The notes under the pieces: model-generated
Database searches by the model: none
What the model was told of the DNA's origin: nothing
What the model saw: the letters and a program-made list of their open reading frames with translations, nothing else
Shown here: positions 33,646-41,820 of the stretch, piece after piece
Numbering within the stretch: position 1 is the first letter of the stretch
How the letters are laid out: every line of letters begins with the position of its first letter
Program-made: the position numbers and the translations under genes
From: Phycisphaeraceae bacterium
GTDB taxonomy: Bacteria > Planctomycetota > Phycisphaerae > Phycisphaerales > Phycisphaeraceae
Direction: 5' to 3'
Length of the DNA stretch: 44,387 nt
NCBI GenBank assembly: GCA_007125385.1
Contig: SLDI01000008.1
Span: 1-44,387, forward strand

Positions 33646-35244
33646 TCAACGGTCGCGAATGCCTCCGCGCCGCGCGACCTGGCCAATGGCTTGCACGAGA
33701 TGGTGCGGGGCGACCGGCTTGGCGACGTGAAGCTGAAAGCCGGACTGCAGCGTCCGCTGTCGATGCCCCGGCTCGGCATGGGCGGTCAAGGCGATCGCCG
33801 GCCGATCACTGCTGGGCAGATCGGTGCGCCGGCGGAGCGTCTCGATCAGTTCGTATCCATCCCGGCCCGGCATGGCGATGTCGCTGAGCAGAACGTGCGG
33901 ATCGTACCGTTCCAGGACGTCGAGCGCTTCGTCAGTCGAGGCGGCGATCTCCACGTGGGCGCCGTGGTGCCGAAGGATGCGACCGAGCAGTTCCCGGGCG
34001 TCCGACTCATCGTCGACCACCAGCACGCGCAGTCCGTGAAGCGACTCGGCCCCGGGCTGTGTCGCCGGCGCCGGCGCTTGAGCCGCTGGCTGCGAGCCAC
34101 ACACCGGCAGCCGGACGAGGAAGACGGCGCCCTGGCCGGAGCCTGCGATTTCAACGTCAACGGTACCATCGTGCAGCTCGACGATGTGGCGGACGATCGC
34201 CAGGCCGATGCCCAGCCCGCGGTGCGAACGCGTGCTGCTGCTGTCACCCTGGCGGAAACGATCGAACACCTGCGGCAGCAGGTCGCTGTCAATGCCCTGG
34301 CCGGAATCCCGAACGCGGATCAAGGCGTCGCCGGCATCGCGCTGAAGGTCGATCCAGACCTCGCCATCGTCCGGCGCGAACTTCACCGCGTTGGCGAGCA
34401 GGTTCCACGCCACCTGCCGGAGCCGATCCGCGTCGCCGTTGACGTTCATCGCCGTCGTGCCCATGTTCACGTGCAGCGCGATGTTCTTGCGCTCGGCGGC
34501 GGGGCGGATGGCATCGACGGCGGCTTCAAGGACAGACCTGAGGCAGATCGGCTTGAGCTCGAGCCGGAGCTTGCCGCGGGTGATGCGTGAAACATCCAGC
34601 AGGTCCTCGATGAGCCTGGACTGCGCCTCGACGTTGCGTTCGATCACCGCCAGCCCGTGCTCGAGCGTCGCGGCGTCGGGCCGCTCGCTGCGCAGCAGGC
34701 GGATCCAGCCGAGCATGGCGGTCAGCGGTGTGCGCAGCTCGTGTGAGAGCGTCGCGAGAAACGCGTCGTCGAGTCGATTGGCCCGCCGGCGTTGGGCGTC
34801 GGCCTGGGCGGCGAGCGCGCGGCTCTTCTGGAACAAATCCACGAAGACGCTGACCTTGGCGCGCAGAACCTCGGGCACCACCGGCGCGAGAATGTAATCC
34901 ACCGCCCCGAGCGAGTAGCCTTCAGCCAGGTGCACCTCGTCGGCGTGCGCGGTGATGAAGATGATGGGCGTGTGGCACGAGCCCATCCGCTGCCGGATGA
35001 GCGCCGCCGTCTCGAACCCATCCATGCCGGGCATGTGCACGTTCAGCAGGATCACCGCGAAATCCATGCGGAGCACCTGCTTCAGCGCCTCGCGGCCCGA
35101 TGCCACGGCGACCAGGTTCTGGTTGAGATCCGCCAGCGCCGACTGAAGCGCGATCCGGCCGTCGTCACGGTCATCCACGATCAGGATATTCGCCTTGTCG
35201 CGGGGCGCGCCATCCCGCGAGGCTTCAACGTCGGGTGCTTCCAT
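33646..35244 (-). CDS. Soluble hybrid histidine kinase (REC-HisKA-HATPase_c-REC)
   Basis: N-terminal receiver ('ILIVDD...VILLNVHMPGMDG...PIIFITA'). H-box 'LSHELRTPL'. N/G boxes ('NLLANAVKF', 'DSGQGI', 'GLGIGLAIV'). C-terminal receiver ('VLVVDDE...LLSDIAMPGRDG...AIALTA...HVAKP'). No TM or sensor domain. Confidence 0.9.
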   Translation of the reverse strand: MEAPDVEASRDGAPRDKANILIVDDRDDGRIALQSALADLNQNLVAVASGREALKQVLRMDFAVILLNVHMPGMDGFETAALIRQRMGSCHTPIIFITAHADEVHLAEGYSLGAVDYILAPVVPEVLRAKVSVFVDLFQKSRALAAQADAQRRRANRLDDAFLATLSHELRTPLTAMLGWIRLLRSERPDAATLEHGLAVIERNVEAQSRLIEDLLDVSRITRGKLRLELKPICLRSVLEAAVDAIRPAAERKNIALHVNMGTTAMNVNGDADRLRQVAWNLLANAVKFAPDDGEVWIDLQRDAGDALIRVRDSGQGIDSDLLPQVFDRFRQGDSSSTRSHRGLGIGLAIVRHIVELHDGTVDVEIAGSGQGAVFLVRLPVCGSQPAAQAPAPATQPGAESLHGLRVLVVDDESDARELLGRILRHHGAHVEIAASTDEALDVLERYDPHVLLSDIAMPGRDGYELIETLRRRTDLPSSDRPAIALTAHAEPGHRQRTLQSGFQLHVAKPVAPHHLVQAIGQVARRGGIRDR

Positions 35245-35657
35245 GGGGGGTCACCGGTACAGCCAGTTCCGCAGCATCGACAGCTTGCCCCCCGGGGCCA
35301 GACCATCGTGACCACGCTAAAACGCGCGCCCGCGGCTGGCAATAGGACCACGCCCCCTGTTGGGGTGGTGAATCGTCCCATGCCGATGGCCGGCCGCACG
35401 CTCAACGCGGCAGCTTGACGCCTCAGCTCCGCCACTTCGCGCTTGAGCGTCCGGGCGAGATCGGGCATCGGCGCGATCCATTGAAGCGGTGGGCTGGAGC
35501 CGCAGTACAAGCGAGCCGATCGTCCGGGGTGAACCGCGATATCCGGTAAACTGGGCTTGCGGGGAGTCGCTACCTTGCGGTCCACATGCCCCCGCAGACA
35601 GCGCTTTCGGGGCGAGTTCGCGTTCGGCGGGAAATCCTGGTTGACCGGAATCACACG

Positions 35658-36494
35658 ATGCACCACGCACCCGCGAAGTGGAAGGCCGACTACGAGCGCG
35701 ACGGCTATCTCGTCGTCGAGGACGTCCTGGACGCCGCGACACTGGCGAGCCTGCGCGATGCGATCGACGAAATCACGCGTGACCCCGACGCCCTGCCCGC
35801 TCACCTGCGCCGCTGGGTCGAGCTGGAGCGCGAGTACTTGGGCAACGCGTCGCAGGCGCGTTACAACGAGCTGGGCGTTGACGCGGTGGGCGCGGCGGTG
35901 CGCAACATCATGGAGTTGCCGCTGTTCTCGCCGGCACTGGCGGAGCTGATCTGCCACGAGCCGCTGCTGGACGTCCTTGAGGCGCTCTTTGGCACGCCGG
36001 AGTTTCACTTTCACAATTACAAGTGCATCATCAAGGCCCCCCAGGTGGGCTCGGCGTTCCGTTGGCACCGCGACCTGCCCTACCTGCGTCACAGCTCGGC
36101 GAACCTGATCACGGCGATGCTGTGCCTGGACCCGATGACCGAGGAGAACGGGGCGACCGTGGTGTATCCGGGCACGCACCGCATCGCCGAGGATGAGCAG
36201 AGCGACCCGGACATGGAGATCATGCAGCACGATCTGCCCGAGGATGTTCAGCCGGCGACGGTGAAATGTCCCGCGGGTGCGGCGGTGCTGTTTCACGTGA
36301 ACATCATCCACGGCGGCGGGCCGAACCGCTCGGCCGTGCCGCGGCGAAACGTCATCGGCATCTGGGCCGGGCCGGACGCCTGGCCCGTCACGGCGGCGCG
36401 TTACGCCTACGGCGAGCTGATGCCGCGCAGCCGGGATCCCCAGCGCCGGCGACAGATGCGCATGACCTTTCCGCGACTGCCAGGGCCGAGATGA
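35658..36494 (+). CDS. Phytanoyl-CoA dioxygenase (PhyH)-family Fe(II)/2-oxoglutarate oxygenase
   Basis: 'YERDGYLVVEDVL', 'WHRDLPY' (H-x-D), 'ENGATVVYPGTH', 'VLFHVNIIHGGGPNRS'. ATG at 35658; the track start at 35586 is less likely. Confidence 0.85.
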   Translation: MHHAPAKWKADYERDGYLVVEDVLDAATLASLRDAIDEITRDPDALPAHLRRWVELEREYLGNASQARYNELGVDAVGAAVRNIMELPLFSPALAELICHEPLLDVLEALFGTPEFHFHNYKCIIKAPQVGSAFRWHRDLPYLRHSSANLITAMLCLDPMTEENGATVVYPGTHRIAEDEQSDPDMEIMQHDLPEDVQPATVKCPAGAAVLFHVNIIHGGGPNRSAVPRRNVIGIWAGPDAWPVTAARYAYGELMPRSRDPQRRRQMRMTFPRLPGPR

Positions 36495-36607
36495 CTCCCG
36501 CGGCAATCTCCGTGTCGGTCGTGATTGATGCCTCTCGTGAAAGGCAATAGCAGAAGGCGACCCGGCGCGCATGGCAGAGCCCGCCGGCGACATGCCAGCA
36601 CGCCAAA

Positions 36608-38506
36608 TCAAGCGCCGTATCGTCGCAACAGCGCCACGATCTCATCATGCCGCTGCTTCACCGCCCACGCCATCGGCTGGGCCCAGGGCTCGGCGTCCGG
36701 CTCGGTGGCGGGGGCGCCGCGCTGAAGCAGCAGCTTCACCACCTCGACACGGCCCCAGCGGCATGCCCAGCCAAGCGGCGTGCTCGCCAGCAGCTCGTCG
36801 CGCCCGTCCAGCCGCGCCCCGGCATCGAGCAGCAGCGTGGCGAATGCGGCGCGCTCCGCATCGCTGAGCCCATACTCCGATCGGCCGTAACGCCCGATCA
36901 GGCGGTGCAGTATCGTCGTGTTGAACCGCGTGCGTATATTCGGGTCGCACCGATCGAGCACCAGGCGGAGACACTCGGCGTTCCCGCCGCGCAGCGGCTG
37001 CTCGAGCATCTTGAACCAGCGACGGTCGTCGCGCGGCCAGTCGATCCGCTCCAGCGCCAGCCGCACCAATTCGAGGTCGCCGCCCTCCGCCGCGCCCCAG
37101 AGCAACTGCTCCGCGACGCTGTCGCCGGCAGGATGACCGGCGTCGCGCGGCTCGTGCTCGTCCTGTTCGAGCATCCGCCGACCAAGCTCCGTCTCCCGGT
37201 AGAGCCCGGCGGTGATCGGGTCCGCTCGTCCGCCGTACTGCTTGAGCAACGCGATCATGTCGTGCCGACGCGCGCCGTACGCCTGGAACACCGGTGAGCC
37301 GCTGGCCATCACCCGGGCGTTGGGATCGGCTCCGCCCTCCAGCAACATGCGGGCCATCTCATACCGCCCCAGCTTGGCACAGTGCCACAGCGGCATGCCC
37401 CACGAATCCACGCGCTGCTCAATCCCCGCCACGCGCATGCGCTCGTCGGGGCCAAGCCCCAGTTCCAGCAGCAGGGCGAGCATGTCCGCCCGGCCATGCT
37501 TGACCGCGATCGTCAGCAGCCCGCCCGGTGGATCGATCGGGTTGGCCAGGTCGCCCTCGGCATGCCGCGCCCGCAGCCAGTCGGCTTCGCCCAGCGCCAC
37601 CGCGGCGCGCGGCGTCAGCTCCGCGCCGCGCCCGCGCAGCATCGTCGCCACCGCCGCGAACGCTTCGCCATCCGGCCCGTCACCCCAGCCGCCGCCGACC
37701 GCCCGATCCAGCGGGGTGCGATCCTCCATGTCGCGCCGCTTCACGTCCGCGCCCTGCGCCAGCAGCCAGCGCACCATCGGCTCGTTGAGCGCCTCGCACG
37801 CCACGTGCAGCGGCGTGCGCCCCTCGCGATCGCACGCCCTGATCAGCGACGCATCCGCTTCGAGCAGCGCAACCGCCTGCGCGTTGCCGGCCTCCGTGCG
37901 CGCCCGGATGGCCGCGTTCAGTTCGTCCTGCGCCGGGCTCACCGTGGCGTTGGGGCAGCTCATCGCCTCACGCCGCGCCTGCTCCGCCTCGTCGAACAGC
38001 GCCGCGATCGCCTCCAGGCCCCGGTCGCGCGCCATCGCGGCCGCGGTGGTCGCATCGCGGTGCGGATAGATGCCGATGTGCGGATCGGCGTCATGGGCGA
38101 GCAGCACGCGCACCATGGCCTCGTCGCCGTTGAGCACCGCCAGGTGCAGCGCCCGCTGCTCGCCGTGGCCCGGCCGCTCCATGTTGACGAGCTCCGGCCG
38201 GCGGCGCAGCACGTCACGCACCGTCGCCGCGTCGCCGCGCGCCACCGCGTCGCACAGCCGCGTGGCGTTGACACCGTCGACATACGCCTTGAGCTTGGGC
38301 CAGCTCTCAAAACCATACGCCCGGGCGAGCGTCAACTGGGCGTCGTGCAGCGCGAAGCGGGCCGGGTCAGCGCCCCGGTAGTGCCGGCGCACTTCCGCCA
38401 CGACGTCCGCATCGCCGGCGCGGAACGCCTGGAGCAACTCCTTTGCCTGTCGCTTGAGCTGGTCGAGATCGGGTCGGTCGCGCAGCGACCGCGTGGGAAG
38501 GGTCAT
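36608..38506 (-). CDS. Large cytoplasmic ankyrin-repeat protein (632 aa)
   Basis: ATG at 38506 with AAGGAGG 5 nt upstream. Multiple ANK units ('RTPLHVACEALNEPMVRWLLAQGADV', 'LLTIAVKHGRADMLALLLELGLGPD', 'TPLGWACRWGRVEVVKLLLQRGA'). No signal peptide. Confidence 0.85.
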   Translation of the reverse strand: MTLPTRSLRDRPDLDQLKRQAKELLQAFRAGDADVVAEVRRHYRGADPARFALHDAQLTLARAYGFESWPKLKAYVDGVNATRLCDAVARGDAATVRDVLRRRPELVNMERPGHGEQRALHLAVLNGDEAMVRVLLAHDADPHIGIYPHRDATTAAAMARDRGLEAIAALFDEAEQARREAMSCPNATVSPAQDELNAAIRARTEAGNAQAVALLEADASLIRACDREGRTPLHVACEALNEPMVRWLLAQGADVKRRDMEDRTPLDRAVGGGWGDGPDGEAFAAVATMLRGRGAELTPRAAVALGEADWLRARHAEGDLANPIDPPGGLLTIAVKHGRADMLALLLELGLGPDERMRVAGIEQRVDSWGMPLWHCAKLGRYEMARMLLEGGADPNARVMASGSPVFQAYGARRHDMIALLKQYGGRADPITAGLYRETELGRRMLEQDEHEPRDAGHPAGDSVAEQLLWGAAEGGDLELVRLALERIDWPRDDRRWFKMLEQPLRGGNAECLRLVLDRCDPNIRTRFNTTILHRLIGRYGRSEYGLSDAERAAFATLLLDAGARLDGRDELLASTPLGWACRWGRVEVVKLLLQRGAPATEPDAEPWAQPMAWAVKQRHDEIVALLRRYGA

Positions 38507-38783
38507 GATGACCTCCTTATCAGGTGCTGCCCGGTGTCCGCGTGCTCGGGCGGAAGGAGGATCACCACGATCCGTCAGGTTGTGCAGGCAAGCCGGCCAG
38601 GTGGACGCAGTCCTTCCCGCGGACACAGCGGCGTCCTGACACGCCGGGCTGAAAGTAGCCGATCCAGTCGTCGAAGGCAAGCGGTTTTTCGCAAGCCGCG
38701 AGAACCCGTGCGAACCCCCGCCACTTGCATTCCCGCCCCAATGCTGGCATCCTCGGAGCCCCTCAGCGCCAGGAAACGCCTGC

Positions 38784-41399
38784 ATGCCGCCTTACCATGC
38801 TCCGCTGCTTCGCCGCTTCACCCGCGACCACCTGCCGACGTTGCACCGCGCCGCCGACGGGCCCGCGGCCTTGCGGCTGATCGAGCGCATCGTCGCCACC
38901 GACCGCTACAACAGCTTCGACCGCTTTCACGAAACCACCGCCACCCTCACCACCGCCTACGAACGCGCCGGCGCCGACGTCGAGGTCCATCCCGTGCCCA
39001 CCGGCGGTCGCCTCGGCTCCGGCCGATGGATCATCCACGAAGCCGCCGACGTCCACACCGCCCGCCTCGAGCTCGTCAGCCCCCAGCAGCAATGCCTCGC
39101 CGACTGGCGCGACAACCCCTGGCACATCGTCCAGTGGTCCGCCGCCACCCCGCCGACCGGGCTGCGCGGCGAGCTGGTCGTCATCGACGACCGCGAGCAG
39201 ATCGACCGCCTGCGCCCGGGGCGGCTGCGCGGCCGCTTCGTCCTGACGCGCCTCGACGCCCGCCGCGTCCTCAAGCCCCTGGCCGACGCCGGCGCCGCCG
39301 TCGTCATCTGCGATCGGCCCGTGCCCAACAACCCCGACGCCGTGGCCTGGACCAAGTTCGGCTGGGGCGGCATCGACATGGAGTGGGGCGCCACGCGCAT
39401 GGTCGGCTTCGCCATCTCCGCCAACCAGGGCCGGGCCCTGCGCCAGCTCCACGCCGAGCACGCCCAGCTCCTCCTCCGCGCCCGCGTCGACGTGCGCCGC
39501 TACAGCGGCAGCCACGACGTCGTCAGCGGCATCATCCGCGGCGCCGCCGACCAGGACGACGAGGTCTGGGCCATCGCCCACACCGCCGAGCCCGGCGCTC
39601 TCGACAACGCCTCGGGCGTCGCCGCCTGCGTCGAGATCGCCCGCCTGCTCAACCGCCTCATCGACGACGGCGTTCTGCCCCGGCCGCGACGCTCCATCCG
39701 CTTGGTCAACGGCTACGAGTGCTACGGCTTCTTCGCCTACCTCGAAAACGTCCGCCGACTCCAGCCGCCGCTGGCCGGCGTCAACCTCGACACCCTCGGC
39801 GCCCGCGCCGCGGTGTGCGACGGCCGGCTCTCCTGGCACGCCACCATCCCCATGTCCGCCTCCTTCGTCGACCGCGTCGGCGACCTCATCCTCCGCCAGG
39901 GCCTGCGCCTGGCCGACACCGGCCACCGCCTGAGCCGGCGAGAGTTCGTCTCCACCATGGACACGCTCATCGGCGATCCGAAATACGGCTTCCCCTGCCC
40001 CTGGCTCAACACCCACTTCAAGAAAAAGGGCCACTTCGACGCCTACCACAGCTCCGCCGACACCACCGACCTCATCGACCCGGCCGCCCTGGCCAACCAG
40101 GCCGCCGGTGTCGCCGCCTACCTCTACTGGCTCGCCGACGCCGGCACCGACGAGATGCTCGAGATCGCCGAAGCCGAGACGCGCCACTTCGTCCACGCCC
40201 TGGCCAAGGCCTCGCCCGCCCAGGCCCGCTACCTGCGCGACCAGCACGACGTGTCGCTGGCCCGCCTGCAGCGCTGGATATGGAGCGGCGACCGCGCGGC
40301 CGTGCTGGACCGGCTCGACGCCTGCCGCCAGCGCGTCGCCGGGGCCGGCCGCAAGGCCAAACCCAGCGCCACGCGCCCGCGGCACCCCGTGCCGCGCCGC
40401 ACCGCGCCGCTCACCCCCACGCTCGAGAACACGCCGCCGCACCTCGCCAAAACCATCCGCGAATCCCGCCTGCGCGACTGGGCCCTGTTCTGGGCCGACG
40501 GCCGACGCGACCTGACCCGGATCCGCGACGCCTTGAGCGTGGAGTACGGCCGCGAGGTCACGCTCGAACAGGTCGACGCCTTCTTCCGCGCCCACGTCGA
40601 GCTGGGCTACGTTGAGCTCGCCGAGCCGGCCCGGATGCTCAGCAAGGCCGCGCTCGTCCGCGACCTGCGCGCCCTTGGCCTCAAGCCCGGCATGGACGTG
40701 ATCGTTCACAGCTCGTTGTCGCGCCTCGGCCACGTCGTGGGCGGCGCCGACACCGTCGTCGACGCACTGCTGTCGTGTCTCGGGCGCTCGGGGACGCTGC
40801 TGGCCCCGTCGTTCAACCATCGCCAGGCCTCGCTCTACAACCCGCGCACCACGCCCACGATCAACGGCGCCATCGCCGAGGCCGTCTGGCGCCGCCGCGA
40901 CGCCCGGCGCAGCGACCACCCCACGCACGCGGTGGCCGCCATCGGCCGCCGTGCCGCCCACTACACCGCCGACCACGCCCGGCGCGGCATCTGGGCCGCC
41001 GAGAGCCCCATCGGCCGGCTCATCCACGAAGGCGGCCACATCCTCTCCCTGGGCGTCGACCACACCACCACCACCGCCATGCACGTCGCCGAAATCGCCG
41101 TGCCCTGCCGATGCATCAGCCAGTTCGGCGAGCGCGACCGCGTCGTCGCCGACGACGGCAGCGTCAAGGTCGTCGCCTCCCTGGCCTGGCGCGACGGGCG
41201 ATGCCCGGTCGACGGCAGCGAGCTCGACGCCGCCATGCGCCGCCACCGGCACCAGCGCCGCGGCCGCGTCGGCCACGCCGAGGCCACCCTCGTCCAGGCC
41301 GACGCCGTCTACCGCGCCCGCATCAACCAGTTGCGCGACGTCTGCCCCACCTGCACCATCCGCCCCAAGCTGCCGCGCAGCCGCACGAGCCGCGCGTGA
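38784..41399 (+). CDS. Fusion protein: COG4310-type aminopeptidase-like module (DUF2172/DUF4910 M28-like plus winged helix) fused to an AAC(3)-family N-acetyltransferase domain
   Basis: N-terminal ~600 aa: 'EVWAIAHTAEPGALDNASGVAACVEIARLL', 'IRLVNGYECYG' and the winged-helix-like 'DWALFWADGRRDLTRIRDAL...LGYVEL'. C-terminal part (about 40638-41399): 'LVRDLRALGLKPGMDVIVHSSLSRLGHVVGGADTVVDALLSCLGRSGTLLAPSFN' is the hallmark start of aminoglycoside 3-N-acetyltransferase-fold proteins. Confidence 0.75.
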   Translation: MPPYHAPLLRRFTRDHLPTLHRAADGPAALRLIERIVATDRYNSFDRFHETTATLTTAYERAGADVEVHPVPTGGRLGSGRWIIHEAADVHTARLELVSPQQQCLADWRDNPWHIVQWSAATPPTGLRGELVVIDDREQIDRLRPGRLRGRFVLTRLDARRVLKPLADAGAAVVICDRPVPNNPDAVAWTKFGWGGIDMEWGATRMVGFAISANQGRALRQLHAEHAQLLLRARVDVRRYSGSHDVVSGIIRGAADQDDEVWAIAHTAEPGALDNASGVAACVEIARLLNRLIDDGVLPRPRRSIRLVNGYECYGFFAYLENVRRLQPPLAGVNLDTLGARAAVCDGRLSWHATIPMSASFVDRVGDLILRQGLRLADTGHRLSRREFVSTMDTLIGDPKYGFPCPWLNTHFKKKGHFDAYHSSADTTDLIDPAALANQAAGVAAYLYWLADAGTDEMLEIAEAETRHFVHALAKASPAQARYLRDQHDVSLARLQRWIWSGDRAAVLDRLDACRQRVAGAGRKAKPSATRPRHPVPRRTAPLTPTLENTPPHLAKTIRESRLRDWALFWADGRRDLTRIRDALSVEYGREVTLEQVDAFFRAHVELGYVELAEPARMLSKAALVRDLRALGLKPGMDVIVHSSLSRLGHVVGGADTVVDALLSCLGRSGTLLAPSFNHRQASLYNPRTTPTINGAIAEAVWRRRDARRSDHPTHAVAAIGRRAAHYTADHARRGIWAAESPIGRLIHEGGHILSLGVDHTTTTAMHVAEIAVPCRCISQFGERDRVVADDGSVKVVASLAWRDGRCPVDGSELDAAMRRHRHQRRGRVGHAEATLVQADAVYRARINQLRDVCPTCTIRPKLPRSRTSRA

Positions 41400-41502
41400 A
41401 GCCTTCGTGGCTTCCGTGCGTAGCGGTTGGGTGCCACGGACAAGCCGAGTCCGCGGAGCTTGTCAGTGCGGGATGACGTGACGGCCCCACCACGCCCCCC
41501 GA

Positions 41503-41534
41503 CACTGACAAGGCCGCGGACGGCCTTGTCAGTG
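41503..41534. repeat. Perfect 13-bp stem / 6-nt loop hairpin (cactgacaaggcc gcggac ggccttgtcagtg)
   Basis: Read directly from the sequence. 'cttgtcagtg' also occurs at 41459-41468. Confidence 0.8.
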
Positions 41535-41542
41535 GCACCCAA

Positions 41543-41681
41543 CGCCGTGAACGATTCGGCGGCGGCGCTAATGTAGGGTAGGTAGAGCGAAGCGAAACCC
41601 ACCACGATGCTCGTAGATCCAAGGCAAGACTGGTGGGTTTCGCTTCGCTCTACCTACCCTACATCAATCGTTCACGGCGTT
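41543..41681. repeat. Large nested inverted repeat (34-bp perfect inner arms plus 16-bp perfect outer arms); REP/MITE-like element
   Basis: Inner arms 41571-41604 (atgtagggtaggtagagcgaagcgaaacccacca) and 41631-41664 are an exact reverse complement, with a 26-nt loop. Outer arms aacgccgtgaacgatt (41541-41556) and aatcgttcacggcgtt (41666-41681). A solo half-copy lies at about 5256-5290. Confidence 0.85.
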
Positions 41682-41759
41682 GCGTGGCACCCGCGCTCCA
41701 CCCGTGGCTGCAACCCGTCGCCCCTTCAGGCCGATCCCTGCGATCCCGGATCAACCGAC

Positions 41760-41790
41760 AAAAAAAAGCGGAGGCGTCGGACGCCTCCGC
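41760..41790 (-). terminator. Rho-independent terminator for the 41821..42882 gene
   Basis: Minus strand: GCGGAGGCG-tccga-CGCCTCCGC followed by an 8-nt T run (the plus strand shows aaaaaaaa then gcggaggcgtcggacgcctccgc). It lies about 30 nt after the stop codon. Confidence 0.75.
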
Positions 41791-41820
41791 TTGCGTGCGC
41801 GGGATGTACCCGGGTGTGAC

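Noticed and set aside
35400-35475. Minus-strand mini-ORF MPDLARTLKREVAELRRQAAAL... resembling an IS3 OrfA leucine-zipper segment
   Set aside because: The similarity is limited to a generic coiled-coil heptad pattern. There is no HTH and no following KKA/frameshift motif. The downstream translation is non-protein-like and runs into the kinase start.
37382-40615. 1077-aa ORF on the + strand, the longest in this part of the track
   Set aside because: The translation is almost pure Arg/Pro/Ala/His low-complexity sequence. It overlaps the well-supported ankyrin gene in antisense and the fusion gene out of frame. This is a typical GC-driven shadow ORF.
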